Below, piece after piece: positions 16,373-25,884 of a stretch of 51,909 bases of DNA. This stretch comes from a virus (taxonomy: Duplodnaviria; Caudoviricetes), in IMG/VR virus record IMGVR_UViG_3300025965_000001, positions 1 through 51,909 of that record, one strand, 5' to 3'. The position numbers and the translations under genes are program-made. The stretch's first letter is position 1. Each line of letters starts with the position of its first letter. The notes beneath the pieces were generated by a model that was not told the DNA's origin, did no database searches, and saw nothing but the letters and a program-made list of their open reading frames with translations.

Positions 16373-18778
16373 ATGGCTGAAGTCTTTGGTATCTTACCAC
16401 CGGACATTTCCGGCGAACCCCCATCTCCTACCTTACCGACTTCCCCCGGCCCGCGCCGCCAACCTCTCCAAGTAGATCGTGACTTACTCTCTAAAAAGAT
16501 TGTTCAGATGGTTGACCGCGACATGGATGAGCGCGAGGACCGCCACCAGCGCCGATTAGCAAGGCGGGCCGCCGTCTACGGCTGGCAATCCCAAAAAGAC
16601 TGGCCGTGGCCGAACGCCGCAACGGTCTACCTGCCGATCATGCAGATAGCGAACCTAAAGACCCGCGGCACGCTAGAGAACGCCATCAAATCTTTCCGCC
16701 CGGTAATGGAGGCCAAGGCCCGGAAAAAGGAGAACAGCGGCAAAGAGGATGCTATTAACCGCGTGCTCGATTATCAGTTTTTCGGGGAGAATCCCGGCGA
16801 GGATCTAATTGACGCCTATGTGACAAACTTTGTCGAGGATGAGGCGGCCTTTCTCTTCGCCAACTGGGTGAAGGAGTCGGAATCCTACCACGATGTCCGA
16901 TTGTTCCCGCCGATAGCCGACAATCCCGAAGCCCAACTTACCCTCTACCTGCAGCAAATGTTCGGCCCGCAAGCGGTAGCAAGTCAAAAAGGCTCCCCCT
17001 GGGAATGGGAAGTGCGCTATGAGGAGCACCCGGGCGAAGTTAAGGACTGTCTCGTCAATTTCTATGTATCCCAGGATGAGCGGAATATTGAGGCACATAT
17101 TATTTGCCGCCAGACTACCCACGACGGCCCGTGCATCAGTGTGGAGGATTTTGAGGATGTGATTTTCCCGGCGCGCGCGGCCAACCTCCAGCCGCCAACG
17201 GCCTCCAACCCACGCGGCGCAAGGTACGTGGCGCGTCTAACCACCGTTACCAAGGATACTGTCCGGCGCCGCATGGCGGATAAAACCTATGATCTTTTAA
17301 CAGCCGACGACTGGGAGAAAATAGAAAAAGGAAAATCCCCCGTTGGCACCGGCACACAGCCCGATGAGGCCAAACAACAAAAAGACGAGATGGAAGGCAC
17401 CTACACCGAACGCACAACTGAGCGTGACGACTTATCCCAGATCGTCTGGTTCGGCCGTGAGGACGTGAACGGGGATGGGCTAGAGGAGGATATTATCGTC
17501 TGGTGCCTCCGCGATCCCGATATCGTTTGTAAAGTTGTCTTACTAACCGAAATGTATCCCGGTGTGCCGCTTCGCCGTCCATTTTCCGCTAAAAGTTTTA
17601 TCTCGATACCCAATCGGGTGCTAGGACTATCTCAGAGCGAACTTTTAGAGAATATCCAGAGCCACATGCAAACCGCCCTTGAGCAACATGAGGACTGGGG
17701 AACGATCACAAACACGCCCTTTTTCACCTACCGGGCGGCAAGCGGCATGCGCCCGGAGCCAATTAGAATAGAGCCCGCTGTGGGGATACCGCTGGACGAT
17801 CCCGCGGGCGATATTAACTTCCCCGTCTGGCCAACAAAGGATTCCGCCTATGCTCTTAATACGATTGCCCTTTACCAGCAGTTCGCAGAGCGCATCCAGA
17901 TGTTTAGTGATGTTTCCCTTGGACGCGTCCCAATGGGTAGAAGTTCAGCTCTCCGAAACGTTGGTTCGCTCACTTCTCTCATGGGTCAAGCTGATTCGAG
18001 ATCCGAGCAAGTACTTCGCCGTTTACTTTCCGGCCTTGCCGAAATCTTCGAGATCATGCACCGGCTCAACCGAAGATTCCTGCCCCAGCGAAAAGAAGTC
18101 AGAATAATCGGAGTAAGCGAGCAGGGACAAGACGCCTATGTGACGGTCGATAGGTCGGAGCTCGATGTTGACGTGGAGTTCGAGTTTAAGGCGACGCTGA
18201 CCAACACCAACAAGCAAGTCCTATCGCAAAACTTAGATCAGATCATCGCGCTCGCCATCACGCCGCTGGCATTCCAAGCAGGCCTCGCCGACCTCGAAAG
18301 TATGTACGTTTTGCTCACAGATAAGTGTAAAGCGTTGGACCTGGAGCCGGACAAGTACTTCAAGCGCCCGCCCCAGATGCCCGCAGGCCCGAAAGTATTA
18401 GCCGAGGAAGTCCTCGATCTAATCCTCGAAGACCGTTTTCTAGAGATGATGCCGGTAGCGCAGCCGCTCGAAGGGGCAATCAATCACCTGCAGAAACTTA
18501 TGCTCCACATGAGCGGGCCGGAAAAGGCGCTCTTCAACCCGACACAAATTCAGATCCTCGACGCCTGGGTGGAAAAGCTAAAACAGCAGGTGATACAGCA
18601 GCAGATGATGGTAGCGGCCATGCAGCAATTTCAACAGCAACAGGGCGGCGGGCAGCAAGGCAACCAGAACGCAGTCAGCGGAGCACCGGGGCCGTCCGGC
18701 GGCGCGCCATCCGTGCAGCCGAACCGCCCCATGGATGCGAGCATCAATCCGGGCGCTACTAACGGCGGCGTAATGTGA
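16373..18778 (+). CDS. Portal protein (P22-like, Gln-rich C-terminus)
   Basis: 801 aa; KDWPWPNAA N-terminal motif; first gene of the head module; C-terminal Q-rich coil. Confidence 0.85.
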   Translation: MAEVFGILPPDISGEPPSPTLPTSPGPRRQPLQVDRDLLSKKIVQMVDRDMDEREDRHQRRLARRAAVYGWQSQKDWPWPNAATVYLPIMQIANLKTRGTLENAIKSFRPVMEAKARKKENSGKEDAINRVLDYQFFGENPGEDLIDAYVTNFVEDEAAFLFANWVKESESYHDVRLFPPIADNPEAQLTLYLQQMFGPQAVASQKGSPWEWEVRYEEHPGEVKDCLVNFYVSQDERNIEAHIICRQTTHDGPCISVEDFEDVIFPARAANLQPPTASNPRGARYVARLTTVTKDTVRRRMADKTYDLLTADDWEKIEKGKSPVGTGTQPDEAKQQKDEMEGTYTERTTERDDLSQIVWFGREDVNGDGLEEDIIVWCLRDPDIVCKVVLLTEMYPGVPLRRPFSAKSFISIPNRVLGLSQSELLENIQSHMQTALEQHEDWGTITNTPFFTYRAASGMRPEPIRIEPAVGIPLDDPAGDINFPVWPTKDSAYALNTIALYQQFAERIQMFSDVSLGRVPMGRSSALRNVGSLTSLMGQADSRSEQVLRRLLSGLAEIFEIMHRLNRRFLPQRKEVRIIGVSEQGQDAYVTVDRSELDVDVEFEFKATLTNTNKQVLSQNLDQIIALAITPLAFQAGLADLESMYVLLTDKCKALDLEPDKYFKRPPQMPAGPKVLAEEVLDLILEDRFLEMMPVAQPLEGAINHLQKLMLHMSGPEKALFNPTQIQILDAWVEKLKQQVIQQQMMVAAMQQFQQQQGGGQQGNQNAVSGAPGPSGGAPSVQPNRPMDASINPGATNGGVM

Positions 18779-18779
18779 C

Positions 18780-20219
18780 ATGGGCCTCTTCGACTCCTGG
18801 GACAAAGCAACTCTCTTAACGCCATCCGAGAGAGCAACCCTCTCCGATCGCTTTTCCCAGATGCTCAACTCGCTTGTTCCTAGCTACGCGCAGCAACAAT
18901 ACCGCGAAATGAAACAGTCGCCGGAAACGTTTCTCGCCTCTGGAATCAAAAACCCGCCCACAATCGGGCAACAATCGGATATCATCCAGCGGCTGGGCGA
19001 GGCTATGCCCATTGCCTACCACGGCACGCCGCACGAGTGGGCAGCAAGTTCTTCACCGAAGCGGTTATATAGCAATCGCGGGCCGGAAGGATTTGAAGGA
19101 AAACCGTCGCTAAAAAGTGCATTTTATGGCGAGGGTTATTATTTCGGAAGAACACCGCAAGATGTGGAAAGCCTGGTAACGCGTCCAAATGTGCCGCGAC
19201 AAGTTTTAGGCGCCGATGTGAATCTTAAAAACCCTCTTTTGTGGGATAAACCAAATCCCAATATACAATCATTAGCTAATGCCGCTTTAGATGAAGCGAA
19301 AAGATTAAATTCAGTTAGTGCTACACAAGCAACGGCAGTGTTGAACTCTAAAACGAATTACGAACTCAACCGCGCCTTAATGAAAATAGATGGACAACTA
19401 AGCGGGCATTTTATCAATACGGGGGCTAGGAAATTAGGTTACGATGGTCTGGTAACAGAAGGACAAATTGTAGTCTTTGACAAACGTAGCCTGAGCAATA
19501 TTGCACCGGCCACCGAGCCCCGCCCCGACATGTCCAAGATAGGCACCGGCCAGGGCGCGCAGTCATACGGGCATGGGCTGTACTTTGCGGAGAATCCGGA
19601 GGTGGCTAAGACGTATGCCCCCATGGATAGGACATGGCAACAAATCAAATCAGGTGGTGCGCCTCGAGGTGGCAACCTCTATCAAGTCAACATCCCTGAC
19701 GAGCACGTGGCGAAGATGCTGGACTGGGACAAGCCGCTGAGCGAGCAGGCACCGGAAGTGAAAAAGAACTTGATGGGCGCAATCGTTAAAGCATTCAAGC
19801 GGGCTGAAGCAGACTTTATGCAGAATCCTACTGACGCAACTAAAGCTGAAATGGTAGCGCGGTTGAGAAACGTAGGCACAGCTAATCAAACGGGCCAAGA
19901 AATCTATCAGATGTTGACGGGTATTAAAGGCTGGAATAAGGGGCAGGCTGCAAAAGACGCAAGTGACTTTTTACGTGAAGCAGGCATCCCCGGTATCAAG
20001 TATCTGGACCAGGGGAGCAGGAAATCATGGCAAGTTATTAATCTTCAGGGCAAAGGTGACCCAGCGAAACAATTTATTGCAGTGGTAGGCAAATCACGTC
20101 AAGCGTTTGGTACGATGGCTGAAGCTGAACGGTGGGCGCATAGTGAAGCCTACAAAGAGGGCACCCGTAACTTTGTTGTCTTCGACCCCAGCATCATTAC
20201 GGACGTGAGGAAAAAATGA
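18780..20219 (+). CDS. ADP-ribosyltransferase-like protein (polyvalent-protein ART type) with a nested second ART-like domain
   Basis: AYHGTPH...SKIGTGQGAQSYGHGLYFAENP...GIPGIKYLD...NFVVFD, plus inner YGEGYYF...LKNPL...LGYDG...QIVVFD. Confidence 0.75.
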   Translation: MGLFDSWDKATLLTPSERATLSDRFSQMLNSLVPSYAQQQYREMKQSPETFLASGIKNPPTIGQQSDIIQRLGEAMPIAYHGTPHEWAASSSPKRLYSNRGPEGFEGKPSLKSAFYGEGYYFGRTPQDVESLVTRPNVPRQVLGADVNLKNPLLWDKPNPNIQSLANAALDEAKRLNSVSATQATAVLNSKTNYELNRALMKIDGQLSGHFINTGARKLGYDGLVTEGQIVVFDKRSLSNIAPATEPRPDMSKIGTGQGAQSYGHGLYFAENPEVAKTYAPMDRTWQQIKSGGAPRGGNLYQVNIPDEHVAKMLDWDKPLSEQAPEVKKNLMGAIVKAFKRAEADFMQNPTDATKAEMVARLRNVGTANQTGQEIYQMLTGIKGWNKGQAAKDASDFLREAGIPGIKYLDQGSRKSWQVINLQGKGDPAKQFIAVVGKSRQAFGTMAEAERWAHSEAYKEGTRNFVVFDPSIITDVRKK

Positions 20220-20385
20220 AATCAAATTACCGGGCTAAGTTGACCCTTTGCGATGGCAATATTCTGACCGATTTTGACCGTCGCGGGGTTGCGATATGGC
20301 TCAAGAACTTGTCGAAAGCCGTAATGCTCAAGGGCAACAACTTCCCAAAGCGATTCACTGCGAAATTCATTACGGACGTGAGGAA
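20194..20385 (+). repeat. 19-bp direct repeat TCATTACGGACGTGAGGAA (20194-20212, 20367-20385)
   Basis: Exact match; both copies encode ITDVRKK followed by a stop. Confidence 0.85.
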
Positions 20386-20392
20386 GAAGTAA
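20216..20392 (+). CDS. Small hypothetical protein (58 aa) between the direct repeats
   Basis: Own translation MKSNYRAKLTLCDG...FITDVRKK; ATGA and TAATG coupling. Confidence 0.6.
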   Translation: MKSNYRAKLTLCDGNILTDFDRRGVAIWLKNLSKAVMLKGNNFPKRFTAKFITDVRKK

Positions 20393-20775
20393 TGGGAACT
20401 TCCTTTGAGGAGATGCGCGGCTACCTCAGAGCCGACGCCGACAAGCGAAAAGCCGACCACGTCACGCAACTGAAAACCGCTCAGTACGTGGGGGAGGAGA
20501 TAAGCGGCCTTGTGAGTGATCCTCGGTGGGAACTTTACGGGCGTCATATCAACTCCCTCGTGAAGTTCCACGCGGCAGCGCGCGACAGATACCAGGCCGA
20601 GATAGACAAGGGCATCTTCGACCCGCAGAAGTACACCGAGACATTGTGCCGCAAGCAGGAACACGCCGCTGCCGCCCGTGCCTATGAGACGGCGCTCACG
20701 GTGGCAAAAACGCTGATAGAATCTGGTGCCAAGGCTGCCGAGGAATTGAAAGTCCTTGCCAACCTAACAACTTAG
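20392..20775 (+). CDS. Hypothetical helical protein between portal and scaffold
   Basis: GAGG RBS; synteny typical of P22-like head modules. Confidence 0.65.
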   Translation: MGTSFEEMRGYLRADADKRKADHVTQLKTAQYVGEEISGLVSDPRWELYGRHINSLVKFHAAARDRYQAEIDKGIFDPQKYTETLCRKQEHAAAARAYETALTVAKTLIESGAKAAEELKVLANLTT

Positions 20776-20784
20776 GCGTATTCT
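20756..20784 (+). promoter_or_regulatory. Putative promoter for the scaffold/capsid operon
   Basis: TTGCCA-N17-TATTCT; shares GCGTATTCT with the portal upstream region. Confidence 0.55.
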
Positions 20785-20871
20785 CCCACTCAGTACATTT
20801 CGGTTCTGTCCACTCTTGCCGTAAAGAGTGCGGCTGCAAATCTCCCTAACAGCCATAAAAAAGGAGCGCGT

Positions 20872-21681
20872 ATGGAAACGCCGGAAAAAACCCCGGAAGT
20901 TGAACCACAAGAACAACCTCAAGTAGTGCCTCAAGTAGAGGAGCCGGGCGAAGAGACGCCCCAAAAGGAACCCGAGAAGGAAGGTGTCTACGACCCTCGT
21001 TCTCCATCGGCTATCTACGCGCGCAAGCAGTATCAACGGGCAAAGCGAGCAGAGGAGCAACTTCAGGCCGAGCGGTTAGAAAAGATCCGGCTAGAGGAGC
21101 GGCTTCGCGCACTAGAGGAACAGAAAAAGGAAAAGGTAGAGGAGCAGGTATTCACGGCTGAACAGATTGAGCAGGCGATAGAAACCAAAGCAATCACACG
21201 CGCGCAGGGTATGCAACTTCTTGCCCGCCAGGAAGCAAAAAGGCTTCGCGAGGAAGAGCAGGAAAAGCGACAACAGAACGAGCCGATTGAACGGGCGAAG
21301 GTTGAAATAAACGAGTACATGGAGCTGATTCCCGAGCTGGCTGACAAGAACTCAAAGGAGTTCACGCGCGCCAAGATCGAATACGCCAAGTTAATACAGC
21401 TCGGACATCCAGCGGACCAGAGAACGGAGCGGGTAGCATTGCAACTAGCTCACGGCTCTATTGAGGCGATCAAAAAGAAGGCGGAACTAAAAGCAGCGCC
21501 GCCGCCGCCTCCGGTCATGCCGGTGGACATGGGCGGGGCCGGGAATCACCAATCAAACGGCAAGCTCGACATCAACAAGGCACCGGCGCACTTGATAGCC
21601 TACTGGAACCGCACCCACACCTCACAGGCCGATAGAGAGGATGAGTTTCGGCGCTGGCAAAAGAGGCAACCTCAAAAATGA
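20872..21681 (+). CDS. Capsid scaffolding protein
   Basis: Acidic Pro-rich N-terminus, long charged coiled coil; AAGGAG RBS; upstream of capsid. Confidence 0.75.
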   Translation: METPEKTPEVEPQEQPQVVPQVEEPGEETPQKEPEKEGVYDPRSPSAIYARKQYQRAKRAEEQLQAERLEKIRLEERLRALEEQKKEKVEEQVFTAEQIEQAIETKAITRAQGMQLLARQEAKRLREEEQEKRQQNEPIERAKVEINEYMELIPELADKNSKEFTRAKIEYAKLIQLGHPADQRTERVALQLAHGSIEAIKKKAELKAAPPPPPVMPVDMGGAGNHQSNGKLDINKAPAHLIAYWNRTHTSQADREDEFRRWQKRQPQK

Positions 21682-22154
21682 GCGTCCGTCACGTCTTTGT
21701 TCCCATTAATGCGAAACTAGGAGAAGGATTCTCAATACAGGAAATTGCCAAAGCCGGCGAGCATCCCGGAAGACGCACAAAGACAAACGGATACCAATCT
21801 CCCGCCACTTGGGTTTTAGAGCTAGTTTCCCTCCGAAAGCCCGTCATCCTCTGTTCTTTCTGCCGCTACAAGTTCGATCCTAAATACTACAAGTATCGCC
21901 GGTTCTATGTGGCTAATGCCGCAGGCCATGACCCCTACAGGACGGACGGCCAGTGTGAGGATTGTAAGGACCGCACCGACCGATCACCAGGCGGTGGGAC
22001 GATGTTTGTGGCTGAGGAGCAATATCCCGAGATTTGTTTCGAGCCGAAGTCGCTACCGGGCTGGAACGACTATATTCAATGGCGCTTAAGACAGGCAAAA
22101 CAAAGAGTTTATAGAGCCGCCGCTACTACGTGGCGGGCGGTACAAAGGAGTTAA
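21678..22154 (+). CDS. Zinc-finger hypothetical protein
   Basis: CSFC...CEDC; ATGA coupling. Confidence 0.6.
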   Translation: MSVRHVFVPINAKLGEGFSIQEIAKAGEHPGRRTKTNGYQSPATWVLELVSLRKPVILCSFCRYKFDPKYYKYRRFYVANAAGHDPYRTDGQCEDCKDRTDRSPGGGTMFVAEEQYPEICFEPKSLPGWNDYIQWRLRQAKQRVYRAAATTWRAVQRS

Positions 22155-22156
22155 AA

Positions 22157-22900
22157 ATGGGACGTGCAGCAGGTTATGTTTATGGACAGAACTATGTGAA
22201 ACGGTACTTTCTCGGCGCTACGTGGGCGGCTAACGCCGCATTAGGCACACCGGCATTGACGGTAGCAGGCAACCCCGGCGCGGGACCGGCCACGACAACG
22301 GGAGCAGCCAACGCCCTCGGGCTATGCGTGGGCGACAACGCTTACGCCTATTCGACAGTCCAGGCGACAATCCTGGCGCAGGGCGCTCCGGCCACGGTCG
22401 AAGTGGACATCAACCCCGGCTTGATTATCAATATGTTACTCTCCGGTGCCACAACAGCGTCAACAGCGTTGACAGTGCTTACCAACACCGTTACCAGCTC
22501 AGGCGGCGTACTCATCACCGATGCAGCCAACGTGCCAGCCAATGACATGAAAGGCGGATTTGTTTGGCGCTATCAGAACGGCGTGGCGGGTGAGGGACGT
22601 GTACCGACAACGCATACAGGCTCGACTAGCTTTGTTCCCACGACGCCGTTCAAGGAAGCCATTGCCATTGGTGATCAGTTCTTGTTTTCGCCTTACTACG
22701 ATGTGGGCGACGGTGCGGCATCCTCGGATGGGAACAGTAATATCACCTGGACAAGCGATTTGAGACAGGCGGACGGCTCGGCGGCAACCGGCGCGGGCGC
22801 GGATATCGTGGCAGTGCATTTCATACCGGGCAACCGCTACACTACACAGTTTGAGTTCTGTTTGGGCGATCAGATTTGGTTCGGTTCGACAACGATCTAA
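22157..22900 (+). CDS. Putative capsid decoration/cement protein
   Basis: Ala/Gly/Thr-rich beta protein immediately upstream of the major capsid; AAGGAG RBS. Confidence 0.6.
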   Translation: MGRAAGYVYGQNYVKRYFLGATWAANAALGTPALTVAGNPGAGPATTTGAANALGLCVGDNAYAYSTVQATILAQGAPATVEVDINPGLIINMLLSGATTASTALTVLTNTVTSSGGVLITDAANVPANDMKGGFVWRYQNGVAGEGRVPTTHTGSTSFVPTTPFKEAIAIGDQFLFSPYYDVGDGAASSDGNSNITWTSDLRQADGSAATGAGADIVAVHFIPGNRYTTQFEFCLGDQIWFGSTTI

Positions 22901-22963
22901 CTTCTAAAGGGCGAGCCGGGGCGCCCATGATGCCCCGGCAACTCAACCCTTTAGGAGAAAACT

Positions 22964-23878
22964 ATGTTACGCACTGACAATATGGCGGATGTACTGGACC
23001 CGCGCTTCCAGAAGATCTGGGACGAGCGGTTCACGAATGTCCCGGACATGATCGATCGGTTTTACGGCATGGCGACCAGCTCCCAGATCACGGAGCGGTT
23101 CAGCACCTTGGGAACTATGGACGACACCGGGCGCTTTCTCGGAAGTGTCGATTACGATGACGTGTACCAGGGGTATGACGTTGCGGTGACGCCTCTGGAA
23201 TTTGCCAAGGGCATCCAGATCCAGCGCCGCTTGTTCGACACCGATCAGCACAACTTGATTGAAGGCAAGCCAAAAGCACTCGCAGGCTCGCTTTACCGCA
23301 CTCGGAGCGCGTTTGCGGCACGCCCGTTCAACTTCGCTTTTGGTAATGACTCGTTCTTCTATAGTCATTCAGAGGGCGTGGCGCTTTGTTCTAACTCGCA
23401 CACAACGACATCCGGAGCCTCGACCGCTACAGGCTTCGACAACCTAGTGACGACTTCGCTGAACGCGGTTACTTACACCGCAGCACTGTTCCAGATGTAT
23501 AATTTTAAGGGCGACAGGGCAGAACGGATTGAAGTTCGGCCCAACATGCTGATTGTTCCGAAATCTCCCGCGGTGGCCGAGGCTGCTTACGAGATCACTA
23601 AGTCAGCCGGCAAGGTGGACACTCCGAATAACAACGTGAACTACAACCAGGGAAAGACCGAGGTTGTCGAGTGGATCGAGCTCAACAGTGCCACCAACTG
23701 GTTTATGATCGATAGCGCGATGGCGAAAGATTTCGGGTTGAAATGGTTGGACGCGGTTAAGGGCGAATTCAGCATGGTCGAAGATTTCGATACCTTGGTC
23801 GGGAAGTGGAGATCATATAGCGTATTCGGTAACTGCTGGATTGACTGGCGTTTCATACTTGGTGCAAGTGTAAGTTAA
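22964..23878 (+). CDS. Major capsid protein (Mu gpT-like, HK97 fold)
   Basis: EFAKGIQIQRRLFDTDQ, GVALCSNSH, PNMLIVP, WFMID, DWRFILG; AGGAG RBS. Confidence 0.88.
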   Translation: MLRTDNMADVLDPRFQKIWDERFTNVPDMIDRFYGMATSSQITERFSTLGTMDDTGRFLGSVDYDDVYQGYDVAVTPLEFAKGIQIQRRLFDTDQHNLIEGKPKALAGSLYRTRSAFAARPFNFAFGNDSFFYSHSEGVALCSNSHTTTSGASTATGFDNLVTTSLNAVTYTAALFQMYNFKGDRAERIEVRPNMLIVPKSPAVAEAAYEITKSAGKVDTPNNNVNYNQGKTEVVEWIELNSATNWFMIDSAMAKDFGLKWLDAVKGEFSMVEDFDTLVGKWRSYSVFGNCWIDWRFILGASVS

Positions 23879-23961
23879 ATAAAGGGAATTTGGAACCATG
23901 TTGCAGATGGCATTGACAAAATGTAGTTTCTATGACAGTACTCTCCGTAAAGGGGGTATTT

Positions 23962-24561
23962 ATGGAAACCAATGTTTGTGTTATCTGCAACAAAGAATTT
24001 CCTCGTCCGGCTCATCGGCCCAAAGCGCTTACTTGCGGAGTAGCTTGTAACAATCAGCGGCAAAATGATCTACGGCGCGAAAAGACAAAAGAGAAGTATG
24101 GAACGGCAAAACTCCGTTGCCCGTACTGCAAAAAGTGGTTTGTACGGCGAAGTTACAAAGGTGGTTTCGATCAACAATATTGTTCAGTTCAATGCCAACA
24201 AAGGAACGCGGGGAGACAATACGCAAGGCGCAAAAGAGAAACTAACCCGCATTGGGCTTGGCAATCTCGCGTTAGATACCACATGGGCGGCAACTGGGCA
24301 AAAGCGATTGAACGCGCTGACGGCAAGTGTGAAAAGTGCGGCGAGCCGATTAATGGAAAATTTTACGTTCATCATCGGGACGGCTCAGGAGAAACCGAAT
24401 CGCCTAATCACGACTTGGCTAATCTCTGGGCGGTTCATCCCAAGTGTCATACTAAGATCCATGAGATTAATTTTCGTGTTGTCAACGGCGAGTTATTTGT
24501 GCTTGGGGAAATCTTCGAAATGATGAATGTGAACGAAGTGAAAGTACTGAGGCCACAATGA
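23962..24561 (+). CDS. HNH homing endonuclease with N-terminal zinc fingers
   Basis: CVICNKEF, YCSVQC, CEKCG...VHHRDG...NLWAVHPKCH. Confidence 0.85.
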   Translation: METNVCVICNKEFPRPAHRPKALTCGVACNNQRQNDLRREKTKEKYGTAKLRCPYCKKWFVRRSYKGGFDQQYCSVQCQQRNAGRQYARRKRETNPHWAWQSRVRYHMGGNWAKAIERADGKCEKCGEPINGKFYVHHRDGSGETESPNHDLANLWAVHPKCHTKIHEINFRVVNGELFVLGEIFEMMNVNEVKVLRPQ

Positions 24562-24791
24562 GACGCTATCCACCCGCACCCGGTCCCACCGGCCGCAACA
24601 TGAACAAGGTAGGTTTCAAAGAGCCAACCTGTTACCCGCAGCAGGATATGGGTGCGGACATGGTGGGCGACAAGATCAGCGTCCTCATGCACGAGGGAGT
24701 TCCGCAAAAGCAAGCAGTGGCCGAAGCACTCAGCATGAAACGCGCTGGCAGACTCAGAAAAGGCGGAGTGTACGTACACGTCAAGAAGTAG
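24558..24791 (+). CDS. Small basic virion-region protein
   Basis: KISVLMHEGVPQKQAVAEALS pattern common in phage head modules. Confidence 0.65.
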   Translation: MRRYPPAPGPTGRNMNKVGFKEPTCYPQQDMGADMVGDKISVLMHEGVPQKQAVAEALSMKRAGRLRKGGVYVHVKK

Positions 24792-24944
24792 AGTGCGCAG
24801 AGACGGCGGCCGCCGCCCGTCCAAGTATTTACTGTTTTTTGAGTAGTGGTGAGGGTAATCGAACCAAATAGTGCCTCACAATCCTAACACGTTCGCTGTG
24901 CGTGGAATAAGGTAAGAGGAAACCGCAGCGCAAAGGAGACACAA

Positions 24945-25883
24945 ATGGCATACATGACAAAATATGGCAGTTTCTGGGGCGCGGTGCCGGTGCATCGCGG
25001 GCGCGTCTTCTGGGTAGCGCCCTCGGCAAGTTACTACATAGAGGGGCGCTCTTACTCAGCCGACGACGGACAGCCGGGGGATTCTCCCGAGCGTGCTGTT
25101 GTTACCGTCAATCAGGCTCTAAGCTACTGCACTGACGGCGCGGGTGATGTGATTGTGTTGCTTCCCGGTGCTCACACAGTCTCGACGGCGCTCACAATGA
25201 GTAAGTCCGATGTGCACCTAACAGGGCTTCAGACAAGCAACTTTCTACGCCCGTGTGCGAGCCTCACGCAATCGACTGCCGCGACAACTATAATGACGGT
25301 ATCGGCAGCGGATGTTGAGATTTGCAACCTGCGTATCATCCCGATCACGGCCGCAACAGCTATTACATGGACGACAGGAGCCCATCGGCTCTATATCCAC
25401 GATTGCAGCTTTGACATGGCGACACCGGCAGCAAACGTGGCGACAATCGGCGCGGGCCATGCAGGGACAACCTACACGTCAGCGCCGGCAAACGTGCTTA
25501 TCAGTCATAATTACTTCGAGGTGACAGGCGCTCAAGGGCCAGCGCTAAAGATGGGAGACGCTAAGGACTTTATCGTTGAGAAAAATGTCATTGCGTTTAA
25601 GGGTGGCACCTGGGCCAATGCCACACTGCAGGGCGGAGTTTTGGGTTGGGGTATCTACCGCGACAACGAATTGCATGCGCTTAAAGATTCGACTATCACC
25701 GCCGGCATTACCGGGACTGATTTGACCTCGACTCTATCGGTAGCGATTTACCGGAATTTCTTCAGCGGCACAAATTCAAAGCCAATCGAAGACTGGGGCG
25801 CAACGGACGCCACGATAGCGGAGAACTACAAGACAGAAGTCGGTGCCGCTGCGGGCGGCGTGCTCTGGAGTTCGATCACATAA
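24945..25883 (+). CDS. Beta-helix (pectin-lyase-like) structural protein
   Basis: FWVAP...GDSPERA...GDVIVLLPGAH, parallel beta-helix repeats; AAGGAG RBS. Confidence 0.75.
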   Translation: MAYMTKYGSFWGAVPVHRGRVFWVAPSASYYIEGRSYSADDGQPGDSPERAVVTVNQALSYCTDGAGDVIVLLPGAHTVSTALTMSKSDVHLTGLQTSNFLRPCASLTQSTAATTIMTVSAADVEICNLRIIPITAATAITWTTGAHRLYIHDCSFDMATPAANVATIGAGHAGTTYTSAPANVLISHNYFEVTGAQGPALKMGDAKDFIVEKNVIAFKGGTWANATLQGGVLGWGIYRDNELHALKDSTITAGITGTDLTSTLSVAIYRNFFSGTNSKPIEDWGATDATIAENYKTEVGAAAGGVLWSSIT

Positions 25884-25884
25884 A

